From: a virus
Taxonomy: Duplodnaviria; Caudoviricetes
Virus record (IMG/VR): IMGVR_UViG_3300027863_001680
Coordinates: 3,306 to 67,305 of that record
DNA length: 64,000 bases
Strand: one strand, 5' to 3'
The position numbers were made by a program, and so were the translations under genes. The notes under the pieces were generated by a model, which was not told the origin of the DNA, searched no databases, and was given only the letters and a program-made list of their open reading frames with translations. Positions 57,008 through 64,000 of the stretch are shown here, in pieces; the first letter of the stretch is position 1, and each line of letters begins with the position of its first letter.

Positions 57008-59870
57008 ATGTCCTACAAGGGCAAAGCATTGGGGATCAGCATCGTGGCGGCAGCAATCTTGCTGCTCGTCGCTTCTATCCCCGGGTGGAGCACACCAGTT
57101 ATCAGAGACGGCGATCCGGGGACGATAGGCGCATGCCTGGCGCAGCCGGACGGTACAACAGTCACGCTCACCGCCGAGCAGATTCTCCAACGCGGTAAGA
57201 GCGGCAAATCATTCGCGATAAAGGAATGGTTCGACCAACGAACCGAACAGCCCCGCCTGGTGGTTGTAAGCACTCGACCTCTACCTGTGGAAGAGTTCTG
57301 GACGGCGGATGTCACCGGAACGCTCGACACGTTTTCGGGCACGTCCCGAGATGGCATCTCCATAATACAGAGAGTCCTGATAGTCTCTCCCAGCAGCATA
57401 AATGTCTACTGTGATCCAAAGGGGCGACCGTTCATGTTCCTGCCGATCAAGGGACTTGGCATGGAGTGGGCCAACAAGCGTTCACTTGCTGAGCTGTCAG
57501 GTACAAGCACCACCCAAGCAGCAAGCGTATCAACGATGGACGAAGGCACTCTGCCTCCGATGCCTGATTCCTTGGACTCTGTGTCCGCACCTGTCTACTG
57601 CGCGACCATAGCCGATGCTGAGGCGCAGTACAGCTCTACGAGTCGCAATTTGGTTGAGCTGCAATGCCGCCCATTCAGCGGCGCAACATCAACCCAGTTC
57701 ACCCTCGGTCAAGATGACCCAGTGGACAGTATTACCGTCTACTATACCGGCTCATCTACCCTGAGCGGAAGAATCAACAAGATTGTCGGAACCATTCAAA
57801 AGGACGTGAGCAACAACTACTGGATAGAAGTCGATTCCGGCACGAACTGGACAGAAGGCGATTTTGTCGGTAGTGTTCAAGCCGTGCCCGAAGGAAAGAT
57901 AGCATGGGTCAAAACGCTGCCGGATGGTGGCAACATACCCAGCTACCAACAAGATCCATATAGCACTCCGCTTGTCGAAAAAGTTGTGTCACGCGCTTTC
58001 CCGAATCAGGGGTACTTTTACATCCAGGAGTCTGACAGAACAAACGGGATCCGGGTTGCTGATAGCGGAATGGCATCCGTGTTGAATCCCGGAGACATTG
58101 TCACGATCTACGACGGCGATATCACCACGGTGGATGGTGAACGGGTCATCAACTCCTACTACACAGAGTTCGTCTCGTCCGGAACTCCCCCGCCACTTTG
58201 GGTCTGGTCAACAAAGCATTGGGCGGCGGAAGCTACAGTGTCCTTACCTCCGGCCCTGTCGGCGGATTCGGACTCAACAATGTCGGTCTTCTCGTTCGCG
58301 CTTGGGGGAAGATAACCGATGTCAATTATGGCTACTTCTACATAGATGACGGCTCGAACGTAACGGATGGCGGCACCGCAACCGGTATTCGAGTTGTAGG
58401 GCTTGGTGGATACCAACCCTATGTCCCAGCAATCGGAGATTACGTTGCGCTCACTGGAATATCTGGACTAGCTACTTATGACGCCGGCTACGGTTTGGCA
58501 CGAACTATCCGCGTTGCCAGTTCAGACGACTTGAATGTGGTGCAATATGTTGGCCCGCCAACAGAAGTCGAGGTTCAAGCTACTGGAGTCGATGCAAACA
58601 ACTACGGAAAAATCACGATCTATTGGAAGTCTGCCCCAGGTGCGACGGGCTATAACATATATCGTGGAACAACCTCCGGTGGGAGGACTACCAGAATCCC
58701 ATCAATGGAAGCACTCCTTGGAATACTCCCAGCTACACGGGAAGCGATAAGTTTGCATTCACAGACACCGGACTGACTTTTGGCCAAGAATACTTCTACA
58801 CAGTAAAGGCAGTTCGTGCCAGCGGCGAAAGCATAGCTTCAGACGAAGATAGCGACATACCGGACGATTGGGCTATTCCCTGGGACAGTGGCGATGCTTA
58901 CGCAATAACGGGTGCTGTTGCAAACCTGTATGGTTATTATGCCGACCTGATATGTGCTGTCGGCCCGGACAACACGGTCTATAGCAACTTGCAGGGCGTT
59001 CTGCGTCCTGGAGGGTCTGTCGATCTCGGCACACTTGTACCAGGCACGAATGAACTGCGCTATGCAGATGGCTCTACATTGACACTTCCAGACGATGGAG
59101 ACACTTTATCCGACGATGATGGCGGGTCGGGTATGCAACTTATGACCGCTATTCCAACTACAGCACTTAATGCAAGTGACGGTCCGTACAGACGCGTAAG
59201 GAGCAATTCAACCTGTACAGGTTCCTATGGTGTGTTCTATCCGGGGTGGCGAAACCAGATTACCATGTCGTCTTCCAATCCAAAGGATACCTACTGGACA
59301 TATCTTGGAAGCAGGACAGCAACTGGGAATTCTGTCTTGGAAGTCGATGCCGGTCTTCAGTGGAGCAGAGTGTATTACAGGTACAATCCTCACCTCTCCC
59401 TGAAGTATAAGCGAAGCAATGGTTCGGAAGCACGTGCGCTTGCCCCCAAAACTTGGCCCATCACATTCGACACGTCATACTTCGGCGGAATAGAAATGGT
59501 CTATGCGATGCAGCGAAGTGGCAAGAGTTCGGTACCGATGATATTGTTCTACGGTGCCGACCAGAATTGGGAGGAAAAGACTGTGCTTTTGGCCGCTGCC
59601 AGTCCGGTGAAAGTCACGACCGGCATGATGAAACGGGCACACTCCATAGCGCAGGGGAAACCGAACCACTATCGGCGTACTGGCTCTCGTGTGGAGAACA
59701 CCTCATTTGCTGGTGGCCAACTACGCAATAGTGCGGGGCAGTGGGTAACATGGACAGGCGGCCTGACTTCCGAACAAGGTGCTTATCCGTGGCCGGGTTC
59801 CATCGTGACATGGACAACCCCAAGCGGGCAGGAGTATTATACTGAAAACGGCATAAGTATACGCTTGTAA
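57008..59870 (+). pseudogene. Large secreted OB-fold-repeat/FN3 protein split by two frameshifts (about 58197 and 58684); pseudogene or sequencing error
   Basis: Three overlapping frames join into one protein (GTPPP/LGLVNKALGG; GTTSGG/EDYQNP...YFYTVKAV); both shifts lie in short homopolymers. Confidence 0.75.
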
Positions 59871-59888
59871 AGCTAGGAGGGATGTAGT

Positions 59889-61106
59889 TTGCGGAGACGT
59901 AACGATAGCTTTTTGTTGATAATGCGGATGTTTGTCGTCTTCTTGCTCTCAACAATCCCCTGCTGTGGCGGCGCTGAACAAGCGCCGCCACAGGGATTAG
60001 TTGTGTCCAGTGTTCTGGTGAATCCTGAGCTGTATACCGCAGACGGCGGCCAGTACGACTTGTTCATTCAAACCGTTCCTGGGGGCAAGACTACGCGGCT
60101 AACCAACCATCAAGCCACTCCGAAACTGAAGCTTGGAGGGGCTATCAGGGATCCTCTGTTCTCTCACGATGGGAAAAGCATTGCGTTCCTTGCGGACTAC
60201 TCGGACTCAGACGAGAGAAGAACGACAATGACCGGTGCTGCACCGTATCCAAACACATTCCTGAACGTATGGGAAGTGCAGTCCGACACCCACAAGATCT
60301 CGCCGATCACGAAAGGTGATTTCGGCTGGAGCATTTTCGGATGGTCTCCAGATAATGGATTCTTGTGCGCGACATATCCCAGCAAGATGAGGACCTTAGA
60401 CCAAGACGCGCCCATACCGGATAAAGTATATGCCTGGAATATGGCGACACTCCAGGGAAGCAAACTCGCTCGTGTCCCAGATGGTGTCGACGATGCATTC
60501 TGGTCTCGTACCGGAAGCAGTATCGACTATCAAACCGGCCCTAACGCAAACCTTTACTCAGTTCCGCGTCAAGGCGGCAAATCCAAGGTACTGCTTCATG
60601 GCAAAGCCGGACGGTTTGGATATAGCTTCTCACCCGACGGAAAAAGAGTTGCGTATGTAGACACTAACACAGTCTACGTAGCCAATGCAGATGGTAGCAA
60701 GTCCAAGCCGATCATCAAGATGATTAGAGACAAGCATTCACCATTCTCACCTAAGCCGCAGTGGTCAGGAGATGGTAAGAAACTGGCGATAGCGATATAT
60801 GAGCCATCCGAGAATGCTCAGGCTTCAACCAAGCTCCATGTATATGATGAAAGCACCGGAAAGGACAGAGTCGTTGCTACGTTACAGGAGTCCGTCAGCG
60901 ATCCAACGTGGTCAAGGAATGACCTGTGGCTCATCGTAAAGATATCACGTGCAGGTGATACCGAAAAGCCCGATCCCAAGACTGGGTGGTATACCTTCAG
61001 CCGTGAAGGTCTGTTGGCAGTAGCGATAGCCGATGGCCGTGTGGTTGTCCTGAAAGAGGCGAATGAGGAAACGAAAGGATTAGATTGGTTCGAGACGGCA
61101 AAGTAA
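59889..61106 (+). CDS. Secreted TolB/PD40-like beta-propeller protein
   Basis: Signal peptide; repeats FSHDGK, WSPDN, FSPDGK, WSGDGK. Confidence 0.8.
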   Translation: MRRRNDSFLLIMRMFVVFLLSTIPCCGGAEQAPPQGLVVSSVLVNPELYTADGGQYDLFIQTVPGGKTTRLTNHQATPKLKLGGAIRDPLFSHDGKSIAFLADYSDSDERRTTMTGAAPYPNTFLNVWEVQSDTHKISPITKGDFGWSIFGWSPDNGFLCATYPSKMRTLDQDAPIPDKVYAWNMATLQGSKLARVPDGVDDAFWSRTGSSIDYQTGPNANLYSVPRQGGKSKVLLHGKAGRFGYSFSPDGKRVAYVDTNTVYVANADGSKSKPIIKMIRDKHSPFSPKPQWSGDGKKLAIAIYEPSENAQASTKLHVYDESTGKDRVVATLQESVSDPTWSRNDLWLIVKISRAGDTEKPDPKTGWYTFSREGLLAVAIADGRVVVLKEANEETKGLDWFETAK

Positions 61107-61367
61107 CTTCTGCCTCAATCGAATCGAAAGGACGCGATGGATATGCGGTTCGCGGGGGGTTTAGTGGCTGGCCCGCGAGCCGCTTTTTCCAACGGCGGCC
61201 AAGCTTGCAGGCACATTGATACTTGAATGCTAGAGATATCTCTGAGCTTGTATTTGCCGGATTCCTTAATTGCTTCGTATAATAGCATGCGGACTGGGAA
61301 GCTATATATAACTCAAGATCAATATTGTGTACATCCGCCATACTGCACATAGACTGGAAGGCCTGCA

Positions 61368-63869
61368 ATGCTGGAACCGAAAGATGTTTTCAATGACCCC
61401 GCTAGGCATTGGGCGTTTCTTACGGAAAGAACAGACGCCTTGTTTGAGGGACAGTATTTCGACCGCAAGGAAGTTCCAGGTTACGACAACACCGGGATCA
61501 GCAGGAGCCAGTTAAGTAACATAAGAGACCAGATAAAGGAATGTATATCGGCTTTTGCCAACGCCAATCATCTTGGTGGTCTGCTGGTATTAGGTGTCTC
61601 AAAAGTCGGAGAAGCGACGGGAATCAGTCACCTTACCGATGAACAGAGAACTAGCTTAATGAGCTTCGACAACATGCTCGTAAATCAAGCCGCGCAAGCC
61701 AAGGAATACGACCACGTTAAGGAGGATGGTACTACCTGCAAAATATGTCTAATCTACACCCCCTATACCGAATCGGCGGTATGTAATCTCATCGGTGCTG
61801 AGGAAAAGGCGTTCGTCAGACAGGGTGCCCAGAATATTCCGGTCACACAAGTACGGCGCGAACAACTCATTTACGAGAAGGGTATTCGCAGCTTTGAGCA
61901 AGGCGCCTGCTGCCTCTACGATCCACAGAGTTTGGAAAGAAGCGTCGTGGATGAGTTCCGCAAGGTGTTCCTTGCAGACGTTGCAGGCGATTACAGTGAT
62001 GAGGAGTTGCTGTATCAGGCAGGGGCCCTGGTCAAGCAAAATGACGATTATCATTTCACGAACGCTGGTTTCTTATTCTTCGCGGCCAATCCACAGCGGA
62101 TGTTTGCACTAGCCTATGTCAGACTTTTGAGGTATGAATCAGATTTGGAAGGCGGGCAGAGAGTTGGCTCGGATACGTTGGACAAGGAGTTCACTGGACC
62201 CCTTACTACCCAAATTCGCAATATCCGTACATTCTTTCAGCAATCTGGCTTCTTCAAGACGTACCGAAAGCGAAACCCAGAAGGAGGGTTCACAGAGGAA
62301 CCCGAATATCCTTTGGTTGCGGTAGATGAGGCAATTGTTAACGCTGTTGTCCACCGCGATTACTCAATGAACAATCCCGTGATCTGCGAACGGTTCCACA
62401 ACGCTCTAATTGTGCGCAATCCAGGTCGCTTACTGCAACAAGAACGTGATGTGCCATCAGAGTTTTCGCTGGACGCATACCTCTTGAATTCTGTTCCACG
62501 CAATCCAAGACTTATGCAATGGCTGAAACTGATGCGAGATGAGCGCGGTAATGCATTCGTCAGACAGTTAAGCGAAGGCACTAAGCGTATGTGCCAAGAG
62601 ATGGCTCAACTGGGACTACCAGCCCCAAAATACGACGTTGATGGAGTGAGCACCGCAGTAACGCTTTTCAGTAATGCTCTGCAGCGTGAGGCGCTTCTTC
62701 AGGCAGGCGCAGAATTAGAGGTTTCGGAATTTGCGAACCTGTTTCCACTAACAATAACTGCCAGTAGCGGAGCAGTCCGTAACTCAATGGATGCAAGCTT
62801 CGAGCGTCGTGCTATCATGGATTGTCTGGAGAATGCTCTGCGAAGCCACAAGTGGTTTATTCATCGGAACACTTATGGTCGGTTGGTAGCACACCCCAAA
62901 GCAAGTGAGGTGGTCCTGCCACAACCAGTTCGTCAGTTGGTGAGACTGTTCCCATCTTACGTTTTTCAGGTAAGGTCATATTTTGGGAGGCTTTTCCTTG
63001 TAGTCGACTACACACTTGAGGTGCACAATGCTGCCACTGCTCAGTACTTACAGAGCATTCCTGGGCTGGAATCATTGGTAGGAAGAACTGCTTTGGCCAG
63101 ATGCAGCGGTAAATCGGAGCGAGTCAGAATCCTATCGCTCGATTCACAATGGGCTAAAGTCTACCTGTTTGGATCTGAATCAGAAGTGCAAGTTCCTAGT
63201 TCCGAAGTGTGGCCAGACATTCCAAAGAGTTGGATTGCCCACGTATTGCGGCATGGAGGGGTTAAGTTCGATTTGGACGCTGCTATTAAGCTCAATAGTC
63301 TGGCTTCACAGCAGAATGCAGCCCGTACACGGGCAGAACGGGTTCAAGCCACTGTGGTTCGACTTGTCAGCGACGTGTTTCCTCTGACAGTTCTTGATAC
63401 ACGAGTTGGCCTGCAGTCACAACCCTTGCCACTTGCCAGGCTCGCGAATGGCGGTGGACCACTCACACTACATAGTCTACCGGAACCTGCGGTCGAGTTT
63501 AAGCAACGGCACGAGAGCGACAACATACGCAACGGTATCACCTCTTTCGGGTCCTATGACAACGAACCCAGAACAGTAGAATTGGTGCCGATCTGCCCTG
63601 ATGGAATGCGCGACGAAATGGCTGCTCTGATTGATCGGCTGAAGGTTGGCAAGTACAAGTATCGTGGAGCAGAGCGCACATTTGCAGTAAGGCTGGCATA
63701 CCAGTCTATTATCACAGCTCGTTCAGATAATGAAATACTTGCTGAGTGCCAACGTCTGCTGAAAGAACATCCAGAATGGGGCAAAGCCGAACGTTTAGAT
63801 CGCCTGTTTCTTGTATGCACGCCAGAACAAGGCCATGAAAGCGAGATAGAGTCTTGTCAAGTGGTGTAA
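61368..63869 (+). CDS. Schlafen/AlbA_2 + HATPase_c_4 (GHKL) + long Argonaute-like N/L1/PAZ/L2/partial MID fusion, truncated by an IS
   Basis: EGQYFDRKE, SAFANA..GGLLVLGV; EAIVNAVVHRDY, RNP, EGT; then NLFPL, LPEPAVEF, GITSFGSY, LFLVCTP; last codons come from the IS end. Confidence 0.7.
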   Translation: MLEPKDVFNDPARHWAFLTERTDALFEGQYFDRKEVPGYDNTGISRSQLSNIRDQIKECISAFANANHLGGLLVLGVSKVGEATGISHLTDEQRTSLMSFDNMLVNQAAQAKEYDHVKEDGTTCKICLIYTPYTESAVCNLIGAEEKAFVRQGAQNIPVTQVRREQLIYEKGIRSFEQGACCLYDPQSLERSVVDEFRKVFLADVAGDYSDEELLYQAGALVKQNDDYHFTNAGFLFFAANPQRMFALAYVRLLRYESDLEGGQRVGSDTLDKEFTGPLTTQIRNIRTFFQQSGFFKTYRKRNPEGGFTEEPEYPLVAVDEAIVNAVVHRDYSMNNPVICERFHNALIVRNPGRLLQQERDVPSEFSLDAYLLNSVPRNPRLMQWLKLMRDERGNAFVRQLSEGTKRMCQEMAQLGLPAPKYDVDGVSTAVTLFSNALQREALLQAGAELEVSEFANLFPLTITASSGAVRNSMDASFERRAIMDCLENALRSHKWFIHRNTYGRLVAHPKASEVVLPQPVRQLVRLFPSYVFQVRSYFGRLFLVVDYTLEVHNAATAQYLQSIPGLESLVGRTALARCSGKSERVRILSLDSQWAKVYLFGSESEVQVPSSEVWPDIPKSWIAHVLRHGGVKFDLDAAIKLNSLASQQNAARTRAERVQATVVRLVSDVFPLTVLDTRVGLQSQPLPLARLANGGGPLTLHSLPEPAVEFKQRHESDNIRNGITSFGSYDNEPRTVELVPICPDGMRDEMAALIDRLKVGKYKYRGAERTFAVRLAYQSIITARSDNEILAECQRLLKEHPEWGKAERLDRLFLVCTPEQGHESEIESCQVV

Positions 63870-64000
63870 AATCCCGCGGACTCCTGTTGGTCTTCTACGC
63901 TATGAACTTACCGCTGACCGGCGCCAGAGCATCCGTGGCGACTTCGCTAAGGCTGCCCAACGACATATAGCGCCGTTCAGTAAGCCATTCCTCGTCCTGC
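63849..64000 (-). mobile_element. IS256-family insertion sequence (terminal repeat and transposase 3' end), partial
   Basis: End GAGTCTTGTCAAGTGGTGTAAAAT; minus-strand frame QDEEWLTERRYMS to stop at 63895 matches the mutator-family C-terminus. Confidence 0.8.

Noticed and set aside
1-64000. CRISPR arrays, tRNA or rRNA genes
   Set aside because: No regularly spaced repeat-spacer array or recognisable structural RNA gene seen by eye

Overview
Positions 1 to about 55,400 are the packaging, head and contractile-tail half of a Myoviridae-like temperate phage. Gene order: TerS, TerL, portal, MuF, prohead protease/scaffold, capsid, neck, sheath/tube, tape measure, baseplate (gpD, gpV, PAAR, gp25, J, I), fibres. 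Accessory cassettes interrupt it: a Xer-like recombinase pair with a dif-like site between TerS and TerL; a PRTase-wHTH + reverse transcriptase retron between TerL and portal; an N6-methylase + PD-(D/E)xK nuclease pair and an orphan AbiEi between MuF and the head genes; and an amidoligase-GATase-GGCT operon plus a Cre-like recombinase after the tail genes. Main observations: (1) the retron msr-msd RNA appears to lie wholly inside coding sequence, closed by an 18-bp inverted repeat (6049-6066 / 6257-6274) with a candidate branching G at 6067; (2) the prohead protease-scaffold is fused behind two tandem Dam-like adenine methyltransferases; (3) the 1525-aa MuF protein carries HeH repeats, a HipA/PI4K-like kinase and a putative ART-like domain, followed by two candidate immunity genes; (4) a 33-bp bipartite late-promoter-like motif occurs three times; (5) a Schlafen-GHKL-Argonaute-like fusion near the right end is truncated by an IS256 element. 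The last 8.5 kb (ComEC-like hydrolase, frameshifted secreted protein, beta-propeller protein, pAgo fusion) may be host or island DNA. All product calls come from motifs read by eye; no database searches were run.
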